Virus record (IMG/VR): IMGVR_UViG_3300031933_000117
Location: 2,688-66,687 of that record
DNA from: a virus
Direction: 5' to 3' (one strand)
DNA length: 64,000 nt
This document shows positions 1-7,933 of the stretch, piece by piece (positions within the stretch are counted from its first letter, which is position 1; the number at the start of each line of letters is the position of its first letter). The notes beneath the pieces are model-generated. The model saw only the letters and a program-made list of their open reading frames with translations, searched no databases and was not told the DNA's origin. The position numbers and the translations under genes are program-made.

Positions 1-479
1 AGTGGATAAGTATTTCCTTCTTTGATAAAGGACATTCCGGTAATATAATTACCTCTTCCCACATAAAACAAATCAGCATCATTTATTGGAGTTACAGTCA
101 CTTCTCTTAGACTGTCTCCAACAACACTAACTTGAGGAGGTAATTTTATTGGATTATCTTCTACATAGGTTCCGGCAGTTACACGAATAACTGTTCCGTC
201 TTTAGAATCCGCAACTGCCGCTTTAATGGTTGCTTTCGCATCTCCCGCTCTTAATCCACTATTGCTGTCATTTCCGTCTGGTGTAACCCAAATCAGATTA
301 GATATAGTCGCTCCTGCACCAATACGAATAATGTCCGTTCCAATTCCGGCACGATCTCTTCTAGCGGTTAATTCACCATCATAGGTGTTATATGCTAGTT
401 CGCCAGTTAATAATTGATCGATTGTTGGTCTTTTGCCGGGAACAGCAGACCTTCTAATTCTAATCGGAGTTCCGTCCAT
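1..479 (-). CDS. Virion structural/tail-fibre-like protein, N-terminal part (runs off window start)
   Basis: Read by hand from ATG at 479: MDGTPIRIRRSAVPGKRPTIDQLLTGELAYNTYDG...WVTPDGNDSNSG...TIKAAV...VIRVTAGTYVEDNPI; open to window edge; resembles cyanophage tail/beta-helix proteins. Confidence 0.65.
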   Translation of the reverse strand, partial: MDGTPIRIRRSAVPGKRPTIDQLLTGELAYNTYDGELTARRDRAGIGTDIIRIGAGATISNLIWVTPDGNDSNSGLRAGDAKATIKAAVADSKDGTVIRVTAGTYVEDNPIKLPPQVSVVGDSLREVTVTPINDADLFYVGRGNYITGMSFIKEGNTYP

Positions 480-543
480 CTATTACATTCGGTATTTACC
501 AGAAGAAGACAGTATATACTGCTCGATAGTTATTTATAAACTT

Positions 544-915
544 TTAAGACGCATTATTTTTTCTTGGACGATAAGAATAAAGATTAGTTGGTAATGGAGG
601 TTTTATCCAATTTTCTATTTTATCAAATCTTTTTTCACTATAAAAATCTTGCTGTACATACCATAGTTTCCAGTGCTCGTGCCCCTTGGATTGATTACAA
701 GAATGGCAAGAGCATACTACATTCGTGGTAGTATCCAATCCACCTTTTGATTGAGGAACTATGTGATCTATTGTAAGATTATCCTCAGACTCACAATAGG
801 CACACTTATGATTCCAACTCTCTTTGATATCTTTTCTCCATATTCGTTTAGCATCCCCAGAACTTGTTACACAAAGATTAAACAGGTACTCTTTAGGCGA
901 ATGGAGAGGTCCCAT
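544..915 (-). CDS. HNH endonuclease
   Basis: CAYC...LTIDHIVPQSKGG...NVVCSCHSCNQSKG motif. Confidence 0.85.
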   Translation of the reverse strand: MGPLHSPKEYLFNLCVTSSGDAKRIWRKDIKESWNHKCAYCESEDNLTIDHIVPQSKGGLDTTTNVVCSCHSCNQSKGHEHWKLWYVQQDFYSEKRFDKIENWIKPPLPTNLYSYRPRKNNAS

Positions 916-1160
916 AAGTTACTGCGACTTATGATTATTTAGAGTTATTGAGATGGTTTCTTTTAGACAAATCCAAATATAATGAAGTTGCTCTTGTAGT
1001 GTGGTATTATATTTCATTCTTCTTTATTTCTTCCAAAATTATAACCCCAATATATGATATAGAGGTCTATGAGAACATTAAACCAATTGATGTTTTGTAT
1101 CATTCGTTATTTCCTTTTTATTATTATAGGTCATTTATGAGGTTTTGTAAAGACCTTCTA

Positions 1161-1862
1161 TCAGTACTTTTCCAAACAATATACACCATTCTTTTCAGTA
1201 ATGGCAGAGCAAGTATCCACAAAATCTCCACAGCACATATAAGTGATTTTACCAAAGTTGCGAATATTTCCAGAATGTATGTGCCCACAAATTACACCAG
1301 AATATTTCTTATCTCTTTGAGCACAATAAGAAGCAATATCGGTCTCATATTGATTGATATAATTCTTTCCTCTTACCGTATTCTTGAGGAAATATACCAA
1401 AGAGAACCGAAAGAACCTTTCCAACCAAATACTCAAAGGTGTGATAAACTCATAACCTTTATTAAAGATGAGTTGCTTCCAAGAACCAGAAGAATACTCC
1501 GAATACTTATCTCCGTGAATACAAAGAAACTTATTTCCCTTTGAGTCCTTATGAACATATGCATCAACCATCTTAAAGTTCTTGTGCTCAAAGTCACAAT
1601 ACCTTCGTAGCATACCTTCGTGATTTCCAAGAATATAAACAATCTCGGTTCCTTTCTTTGCGAGATTGAGTATTTGATGAACGCATTCGGTATGTTCTTT
1701 GGTCCAACGAGTGTTATATCTTTCCATACAATGAATATCAATAACATCACCAACTAAAACTAATTTCTTGGTCTTAAGTTCTTTTAGAAATTTAAGAAAC
1801 TTTTCAGTATTACATCGTGGGGTTCCTAGGTGAATATCACTGATAAAAGTTGCGTCGTACAT
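1161..1862 (-). CDS. Calcineurin-like metallophosphoesterase (LpxH/UDP-2,3-diacylglucosamine hydrolase-like)
   Basis: DIHLG, GDVID, GNHE, HGD and GHIH metallophosphoesterase motifs. Confidence 0.85.
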   Translation of the reverse strand: MYDATFISDIHLGTPRCNTEKFLKFLKELKTKKLVLVGDVIDIHCMERYNTRWTKEHTECVHQILNLAKKGTEIVYILGNHEGMLRRYCDFEHKNFKMVDAYVHKDSKGNKFLCIHGDKYSEYSSGSWKQLIFNKGYEFITPLSIWLERFFRFSLVYFLKNTVRGKNYINQYETDIASYCAQRDKKYSGVICGHIHSGNIRNFGKITYMCCGDFVDTCSAITEKNGVYCLEKY

Positions 1863-1888
1863 AAAAAGTTGTGGTTTTATCTTATATA

Positions 1889-1954
1889 TTATAGCAGAGA
1901 CATTAGAAAGAGGAACACTCCGAATGCTATGAAGGCTGCGAGGATTGTTAGCAT
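1889..1954 (-). CDS. 21-aa hydrophobic microprotein (MLTILAAFIAFGVFLFLMSLL)
   Basis: Read by hand; ATG at 1954, TAA at 1889-1891, abuts upstream ORF; single TM helix. Confidence 0.45.
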   Translation of the reverse strand: MLTILAAFIAFGVFLFLMSLL

Positions 1955-1955
1955 T

Positions 1956-2165
1956 TTAGTTCTTATAAAGGTCTTCTAGTCTTTCTTTGGTGAGGTCAAC
2001 ATATAAGAGTTCATCACCTTCTTTTGGTGCTTCTGGATGTTGAGGTTTTCTTGGAGTTCTCATTTCCTCATTGATGGATTGGATGTTTCCCCACATCATC
2101 GCAAAGGCACCTCCTGCGATGACTGCGAAGAATGTGAAGTATAGGAGAGGGAGTAGGGGGTTCAT
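1956..2165 (-). CDS. Small membrane protein, DUF2973-like
   Basis: N-terminal TM helix followed by HPEAP motif, as in cyanobacterial/cyanophage DUF2973-type proteins. Confidence 0.55.
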   Translation of the reverse strand: MNPLLPLLYFTFFAVIAGGAFAMMWGNIQSINEEMRTPRKPQHPEAPKEGDELLYVDLTKERLEDLYKN

Positions 2166-2542
2166 GGGGTTTTATGTGTTTGTAGGTATTTAATCATAGT
2201 CTCAAGGATTTGTATATTATCACCAACAAGACCAAGTGCAGTATTGCAGTTGTTACAAAGAACACCACGAACTTTATTTGAAGAATGGCAGTGGTCTATA
2301 CACTTCTTATCCAAAACCTTATCACATATCTGGCAGTTCTCATTTTTCATCAAGTCATTATATTGGTCTTCTGTAAATTTAAACTTTCTACGCATAAACT
2401 CGTGTGGTTTATAATATTGTTTTCTATTTTTTGTTGCACATTTTTTACATCTTGGTTGCAATCCAACATTACCAGAATTAAAAGTTCTTTTATGAAATGC
2501 ACTATCTGGCAATTCAAGTTTACAATCGTTGCACGTTTTCAT
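2162..2542 (-). CDS. Free-standing Endonuclease VII-family homing endonuclease (F-CphI-like) downstream of psbA
   Basis: CQIC...CIDHCH...VRGVLCNNCNTALG EndoVII motif; N-terminal CxxC pairs; own late promoter TATAAATA (2568-2575); position directly 3' of psbA. Confidence 0.8.
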   Translation of the reverse strand: MKTCNDCKLELPDSAFHKRTFNSGNVGLQPRCKKCATKNRKQYYKPHEFMRRKFKFTEDQYNDLMKNENCQICDKVLDKKCIDHCHSSNKVRGVLCNNCNTALGLVGDNIQILETMIKYLQTHKTP

Positions 2543-2576
2543 ATTTGTAATGCGTATTTTCTATACTTATTTATAC

Positions 2577-2602
2577 AAAAAAAAGGAACTCCGAAGAGTT
2601 CC
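2577..2602 (-). terminator. Intrinsic terminator of psbA
   Basis: GGAACUC-UUCG-GAGUUCC hairpin followed by U8 on minus strand. Confidence 0.85.
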
Positions 2603-2612
2603 CCTTATTATA

Positions 2613-5131
2613 TCAACCGATAGAAGGAGCAGTTAGAGCAACCGAAGTTGTTTCTGCTGCTGCCAGATCTAAAGGAAAGTTCGCTTAACCCGTAAATTTA
2701 CCATCCTTACGGAGCAGACTATATCATCAACCTATTTCATTAGGTTGTCGGACGCTAATGGTGTATTACATAGGGCGCTCCCTAAACCACCTAGTCGTTG
2801 AACCTTCCTCAAAAGTTCGTTTGAGGCTTGGCTGCTGATTGCCCTTATATTTTGGAGGGGTTCCAGCAATTCATCCGATTTACATCTATCAATTACTTGA
2901 TAGAGCCACCACTTTCTAATGGGCGTTACGTTCATGCCGTTTTTGTTATCGTAAGAACTCTTTATTTCTTACTTCTTACTGTCGCCAGTAAGACCAGACT
3001 ATCTCTTCATCCGTTCTGGATGCTGGGCATTCGTGGGTAGATTATTGTTGGAACTCACTACCTAGTCGTTAGACCTGCCGAAGAACCTATGTCCTCTTCG
3101 GATTGGTACGGGATTGTCTACTTGAGAGTTTCCCCGTTTAACCCAGTTTCGTCAAGGAATATTCCTATTCCAGGGTGACTACATTTCAGAAATCACTTCC
3201 ATACCAAGTCCAGCACGATTTAAAATGTCAGCCCAAGTAGGAATTACTCGGTTTTGACTATCAATAAGAGACTGGTTAAAATTAAAACCGTTGCACTAGA
3301 TCCATAAGTTTACCATACTTGTGGAGTGGACTATATCTTCATCCCAGTAGGATGTCGGACGCTTATTCCTGTTATTAAGGGAACTATATCCCTCAGGTAG
3401 TCTCTGAACCTTTCTTGAGTGTACTCAAGACTTGGATGCTGATTGCCCTTTTATTTTGGAGGGTTTCCAGCAATTCATCCGATGTTTGCCGTTAAATTGC
3501 TTTAACGGAACCCCAATTGAGGTTAAATGCCATCGTGGATACACCAAGAGCGGTGAACCAGATGCCCACAACGGGCCAGGCAGCCAGGAAGAAGTGTAAC
3601 GAACGGGAGTTATTAAAGGAAGCATATTGGAAAATAAGGCGACCAAAATACCCGTGAGCAGCAACGATGTTGTATGTCTCTTCTTCTTGTCCGAACTTAT
3701 ATCCATAATTCTGTGACTCGGTTTCAGTGGTCTCACGAACTAGTGAAGAAGTCACTAGCGAACCGTGCATAGCACTGAAGAGTGAACCACCGAAGACACC
3801 AGCAACTCCAAGCATATGGAATGGGTGCATAAGGATATTATGTTCTGCCTGGAAGACTAGCATGTAATTAAACGTACCAGAAATACCAAGGGGCATAGCG
3901 TCAGAGAAAGAACCTTGACCGAAAGGATACACAAGGAATACAGCACTCGCAGCAGCAACAGGTGCAGAGTAAGCAACCATAATCCAGGGACGCATACCTA
4001 AACGATAGGAGAGTTCCCATTCACGACCCATGTAGCAATAGATGCCGATAAGGAAGTGAAATACAACAAGTTGAAATGGACCTCCATTATACAACCATTC
4101 GTCAAGACTCGCTGCTTCCCAGATAGGATAGAAGTGAAGTCCGATAGCATTTGAACTTGGAACAACAGCACCAGAGATGATGTTGTTTCCGTACATAAGA
4201 GAACCAGCAACTGGTTCACGAATCCCGTCGCTACATCTAACAAACAACCATATCTTTTGACTTAGGTTGCTTCTGTTGACGAATTTGATTTGCTCGTTTT
4301 GCGTTTTCTACTCTTCCACCGTTTTCTACCCACTCTTTCCAAGTTTGTAGGTAAGAAATAGATTCGGTTATTCTCTCTGCTCTTCTTACTCCCATATAAG
4401 GAAGTATTTTTTGTAGAATGAATAATACCTTTTCTTTTTCTCCGATGTGAAGTGTATAAACTTGTTTTCCTGTTACGGTCTTTCTTGATGGTGAAAAATA
4501 AGATTTATCTAAAAGTTTACTCAACCTTTGGATAATATCTTCATCCACCATAGAAATTTTGATAAAAGGTGCTGGTGGAGTATTAGAAACTTCATAACGG
4601 TCTTTGGAACGATTATCTATTCCAAAGTATCCTTCACCTTCTAATAATCCAGCAATCCAAGCAATATCAGTCTCGGTTATGTTTAACATTTTGTTTTTGC
4701 TTCTACTGTACTATTTATACAGCATTAGCAAGAAAAAGTCAACAGTAGATGTGTGGACTATATCTTCACCCTTCATTTTTATTGAAGGGGCTGGGCACTT
4801 AAACCTGTTATTAAGGGAACTATATCCCTCAGGTAGTCTCTGAACCTTTCTTGAGTGTACTCAAGACTTGGCTGCTGATTGCCTTTCGGTTTCCAGCAAT
4901 TCACCCAGTTTCGTCAATACTCTTACGAGTAAGGGACACCGATTAGTTAATGTCTACGGGAGGCGCTCCAACAAACGCAATAATGAAGCAAGTAGTTGCA
5001 GCGAGCAACGTTGGAATCATAAGAACGCCGAACCAACCAACATAAAGGCGGTTGTTCGTGGAAGTAACCCAGGAACAGAAATCGTTCCAGAGATTATTAG
5101 TATTAGAACGTGTAGCAATTGTAGCAGTCAT
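2613..5131 (-). CDS. psbA: Photosystem II D1 protein, 5 exons: 5131-4950, 4230-3520, 3293-3192, 2937-2919, 2681-2613
   Basis: Exon lengths 182+711+102+19+69=1083 nt = 360 aa + stop. Junctions restore PPVD(AT|C)DGIREP, AFN(CT|C)NGFNFNQ, GMEV(AT|G)HERNAH and H|NFPLDLA. Confidence 0.97.
2682..2918 (-). mobile_element. Group I intron 4 of psbA (237 nt, no ORF)
   Basis: 5' exon ends in U (CCAU pairs IGS GUGG with U-G); P10 GAAAGU pairs exon ACUUUC; core AAUUGCUGGAA, AAUCAGCAG, GGUUCAACGACUA, AUAUAGUCU; terminal G. Confidence 0.93.
2938..3191 (-). mobile_element. Group I intron 3 of psbA (254 nt, no ORF)
   Basis: Exon end GUGAU pairs IGS GUCAC (U-G at splice site); core AACGGGGAA/AAUCCCGU, GGUCUAACGACUA, AAGAGAUAGUCU; terminal G. 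Confidence 0.93.
3294..3519 (-). mobile_element. Group I intron 2 of psbA (226 nt, no ORF)
   Basis: Exon end AACCU pairs IGS GGGUU; P10 UUG/CAA; core AAUUGCUGGAAA, AAUCAGCAU, GGUUCAGAGACUA, AAGAUAUAGUCC; terminal G. Confidence 0.95.
4231..4949 (-). mobile_element. Group I intron 1 of psbA (719 nt) carrying a LAGLIDADG ORF near its 3' end
   Basis: Exon end GACAU pairs IGS GUGUC; core AAUUGCUGGAAA, AAUCAGCAG, GGUUCAGAGACUA, AAGAUAUAGUCC; terminal G at 4231. Confidence 0.95.
4237..4689 (-). CDS. Intron-encoded single-motif LAGLIDADG homing endonuclease
   Basis: [23 protein letters not shown]-type helix; inside intron 1 downstream of the S element; late promoter TATAAATA at 4712-4719. Confidence 0.85.
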   Translation of the reverse strand: MLNITETDIAWIAGLLEGEGYFGIDNRSKDRYEVSNTPPAPFIKISMVDEDIIQRLSKLLDKSYFSPSRKTVTGKQVYTLHIGEKEKVLFILQKILPYMGVRRAERITESISYLQTWKEWVENGGRVENAKRANQIRQQKQPKSKDMVVC

Positions 5132-5154
5132 TTGTTAAAAAGGGGGTAAGTATG

Positions 5155-5217
5155 AGTTCGGGGGACGAACTTATTAGTAACTATATTCCACGACACCCTC
5201 AGTCGTGGATATGAGGG
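5155..5217 (-). ncRNA. Structured psbA 5' leader (candidate PhotoRC-II-like cis element)
   Basis: Interleaved complementary pairs CCCUCA/UGAGGG and UCCACGAC/GUCGUGGA plus hairpin AGUUCG/CGAACU; family assignment not verified. Confidence 0.5.
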
Positions 5218-5297
5218 ATGCTTTACTTCTCTTGATCCCGGTTTGAGAAGACACGGTTCTCAGAATTGTCACATTCCTTAACCCCGTGTATGTATAT

Positions 5298-5326
5298 ATC
5301 ATACCATTGTTAGGAAATCCTGTCAA
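5298..5326 (-). promoter_or_regulatory. Sigma70-type (early) promoter of psbA
   Basis: TTGACA-17 nt-TATGAT on minus strand. Confidence 0.8.
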
Positions 5327-5405
5327 TAGGTCCAATTACCTAGGTGGCACATTATAAATAAAGGGTTTTTAATAAATATAAGTGTAATAAAAACATCTCA
5401 TCTCC

Positions 5406-5519
5406 GTGCCAAAATCACCGAATAAAGGTAAGAAAGGTTCTACTGGAGGAAAGCGTCCCAAACAAAATCAGGGAAATGCGGCCGCTAAAAAAGCAAAGAA
5501 TGGCGGCAAGAAGAAGTGA
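5406..5519 (+). CDS. 37-aa Lys/Gly-rich basic microprotein (MPKSPNKGKKG...AKNGGKKK)
   Basis: Read by hand; GTG start; late promoter TATAAATA at 5353-5360; stop abuts next ORF. Confidence 0.55.
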   Translation: MPKSPNKGKKGSTGGKRPKQNQGNAAAKKAKNGGKKK

Positions 5520-5525
5520 GGAATT

Positions 5526-5723
5526 ATGCCACGCGAATTCAACACTCCTCATAGAAAAGATTGGAACGCACCGATACATAACATTCTCAAAGCAATAGAT
5601 AATCATACTCAAGAATACTTTAAAAGTGGCGATACTTGGCATCTACAAAAAGCACAAATACTCCGTGAGTATGTTGCGGAATTAAAAACTTGGATACATA
5701 AAACAGAAAAAGAAAACTTATGA
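5526..5723 (+). CDS. Hypothetical cyanophage protein
   Basis: ORF in a compact plus-strand operon. Confidence 0.6.
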   Translation: MPREFNTPHRKDWNAPIHNILKAIDNHTQEYFKSGDTWHLQKAQILREYVAELKTWIHKTEKENL

Positions 5724-5860
5724 CTGACCCAGTATGGAGCGTAAATATTTTAATCGCACTAGGATTACTTGGTGCTGCCTGGATGATTTACTATATACTC
5801 ACACAAGACGATAGAGAAAATGTACCAATACAAGATCAAAAAGATCAACAGGATCATTGA
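5720..5860 (+). CDS. 46-aa single-TM protein
   Basis: Read by hand: MTDPVWSVNILIALGLLGAAWMIYYILTQDD...; ATGA overlap with upstream stop. Confidence 0.5.
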   Translation: MTDPVWSVNILIALGLLGAAWMIYYILTQDDRENVPIQDQKDQQDH

Positions 5861-6158
5861 TGGTGACACGATAGATGTCGCAATTGATGTAGGTTTTCAT
5901 ATTACAATCAATCAAAGAGTTCGTCTCAAAGGTATTGATGCTGCCGAAACAAGAACCAAAGACCTTACAGAAAAAACAGAAGGTCTCCTGGCAAAAGAGT
6001 GGTTGGAGAAAGAACTTTCCAAACCCGGTGAATGGATTATTGAAACCACCAAGGATGATAAGTATGGAAGAATACTTGGAACCTTATACTTAGTTGGAGA
6101 ACCAGTCACCGTGAATGAGAGAATGATAAATGATGGAATCGCAAGACCTTATATGTAA
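5820..6158 (+). CDS. Staphylococcal nuclease (thermonuclease)-like protein
   Basis: IIDGDTID, VRLKGIDAAE, DKYGRILG motifs. Confidence 0.85.
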   Translation: MYQYKIKKINRIIDGDTIDVAIDVGFHITINQRVRLKGIDAAETRTKDLTEKTEGLLAKEWLEKELSKPGEWIIETTKDDKYGRILGTLYLVGEPVTVNERMINDGIARPYM

Positions 6159-6162
6159 TTAC

Positions 6163-6831
6163 TTAGATAACACTAAGACACCTATTATAATACTTTTTAC
6201 GATCTTCTAATCCGCGATAACCACCATTCACTTTTCTGGTTACATCTTCTACGGATGGATTACGATCACATAAGGCATTCATATTATTATTATGCCACCA
6301 AAAACCGGCGGAAGTAGCAGGATACTTGGAAGAAACATAATCTACTCCATTCATAATCTTTGGATCATTCATATACTTGGAGAATGATGCGTAGTTTGCT
6401 CTGCCCGTAAGTTGAATAAATCCGGCGCCTTTGTACTTTTTCCCATCACCCGGTTGAGTATTTCCTATATCTCTTCTTCCCTCATAAGCATCACCAGAAG
6501 CAAGTTCTTTCATCCATTTTCCGGCACCAGATTCGTGTGAGATTTGAGAGATAAAATGTCTCATTCGGGACTGGGTATTAATCTTAAAAAGATTGAGACA
6601 ACTATTCAAGTCATTAATTACGGCGTCCGTGATTGAGTTTTCGTTTGATCCCCAAATAGAAGCAAGTTGTTTCTTGGTGATGAGTAACTTAACTTCTGGT
6701 TGTTTGCGATATAATTTCTCAAACTCTTCTAAAACATATGGAAGAGTATTTTCTTGTAGATACTCAAATGCTTCTATTTGTTCTTTGGTTCCCTTAAAAT
6801 GTTTGGCAGCGTCTGTGAATTTGATAGACAT
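6163..6831 (-). CDS. Glycoside hydrolase family 19 endolysin-like protein
   Basis: [32 protein letters not shown] motifs. Confidence 0.88.
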   Translation of the reverse strand: MSIKFTDAAKHFKGTKEQIEAFEYLQENTLPYVLEEFEKLYRKQPEVKLLITKKQLASIWGSNENSITDAVINDLNSCLNLFKINTQSRMRHFISQISHESGAGKWMKELASGDAYEGRRDIGNTQPGDGKKYKGAGFIQLTGRANYASFSKYMNDPKIMNGVDYVSSKYPATSAGFWWHNNNMNALCDRNPSVEDVTRKVNGGYRGLEDRKKYYNRCLSVI

Positions 6832-6882
6832 AATTAACTCTCCTGATAAACAACTTTGAATTTTCTTTTGGTGGACTCTTAC

Positions 6883-7593
6883 TTAGGGTAGAAAGATGCG
6901 ACCCCATCCGGTTCCAACTCCATCAGCAGTCCATCTTTTTTCTAGTTCCATTCTTCTATAAACCACTTGTTTGCCTTCAGTAACAGGACCAGTATACCCC
7001 CGCACCAGACTTCCGTATGGGTCGTGGAAAATATAATCTCCTTTATCAGTCTTACCAATACAGCAAATCATATGACCCGAGTTTCTAGTGGGCATATGAG
7101 TTGGACCACGATGAAGAATACCTAAAACAAGCGGTCTCCCGGCGGCAAGTTCACGATCCAAATCAGAAAAATTAAGATTCTTATGGAATACAGAATTTAG
7201 TCCATATCCTTGTAATACCCTTGTTTGTACTGAGTGATCTGTGGATTTACCAATAGCAAGAACTTTTTTTAAATATGCGTCATCACCTTTTGGTCCAGAA
7301 GGAAGAGAACCTGGTTTCAGGAACTTAAGAACCATCGCACAAGAAGAAGAATTACAAGTGCTATCGGGAAGTGTGTAATTATCTGTTTGTGGATAAAACG
7401 GAACATTCAACAAAATACCAGATGGTGGTGTAGGAGCACTTGGATTTTTATAAAGACGCACCCAATTCGCATTATCTTGAAGAAGTTCAGGTGCCTTCTG
7501 TTCTAATACTCTTACAAGGTCATCAACCGCAGCACGATGTCTTGGAAGTGTATGATCGTAATATCTAAAAAAGTTTTGTAGATCTATTTTCAT
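6883..7593 (-). CDS. C39-like cysteine peptidase (putative cell-wall hydrolase)
   Basis: QTDN...CNSSSCAM catalytic Cys region, GHMICCIG, HDPYG. Confidence 0.75.
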   Translation of the reverse strand: MKIDLQNFFRYYDHTLPRHRAAVDDLVRVLEQKAPELLQDNANWVRLYKNPSAPTPPSGILLNVPFYPQTDNYTLPDSTCNSSSCAMVLKFLKPGSLPSGPKGDDAYLKKVLAIGKSTDHSVQTRVLQGYGLNSVFHKNLNFSDLDRELAAGRPLVLGILHRGPTHMPTRNSGHMICCIGKTDKGDYIFHDPYGSLVRGYTGPVTEGKQVVYRRMELEKRWTADGVGTGWGRIFLP

Positions 7594-7731
7594 TTCAATA
7601 AAAAAACTCCTCCCTATATTTAGGAGGAGTACATTGATGCTTTAATTATAATCGCAGATACGCATAATACGATGAAAATATCCGCAATTAACATTTTAGT
7701 AAGTTTGTAAGGTTGTTAAGAGTATAATATA

Positions 7732-7851
7732 CTAAAAAACTCCTGGAAGTATTTGCCTGGCGGTAAGATAAGTACCAACGGCAATTACAAATCCCAACAT
7801 CGCAAGTCTTCCGTTAAGAATTTCTGCCTCGGGGGTAAATCCAAATTTCAT
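7732..7851 (-). CDS. hli: High-light inducible protein (39 aa)
   Basis: Read by hand: MKFGFTPEAEILNGRLAMLGFVIAVGTYLTARQILPGVF; AExxNGRxAMxGF chlorophyll-binding motif. Confidence 0.9.
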   Translation of the reverse strand: MKFGFTPEAEILNGRLAMLGFVIAVGTYLTARQILPGVF

Positions 7852-7933
7852 AATTTTTTTATTAAGAACTATAACAATATTATATATGAGAAGACGGGTC
7901 TTGTCAAGGGTCTTAAGTCAGCATCCTCTAACT

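Noticed and set aside
948-1544. 198-aa plus-strand ORF and other long antisense ORFs (e.g. 30750-31340, 58930-60096, 29152-29490)
   Set aside because: They are shadows of well-supported minus-strand genes, with no motifs or expression signals of their own.
2732-3736. ORF-track entries 2732-2935, 2828-3040, 3425-3736 and 4868-5149
   Set aside because: They overlap intron cores or psbA exons in other frames or strands; explained by the psbA exon/intron structure.
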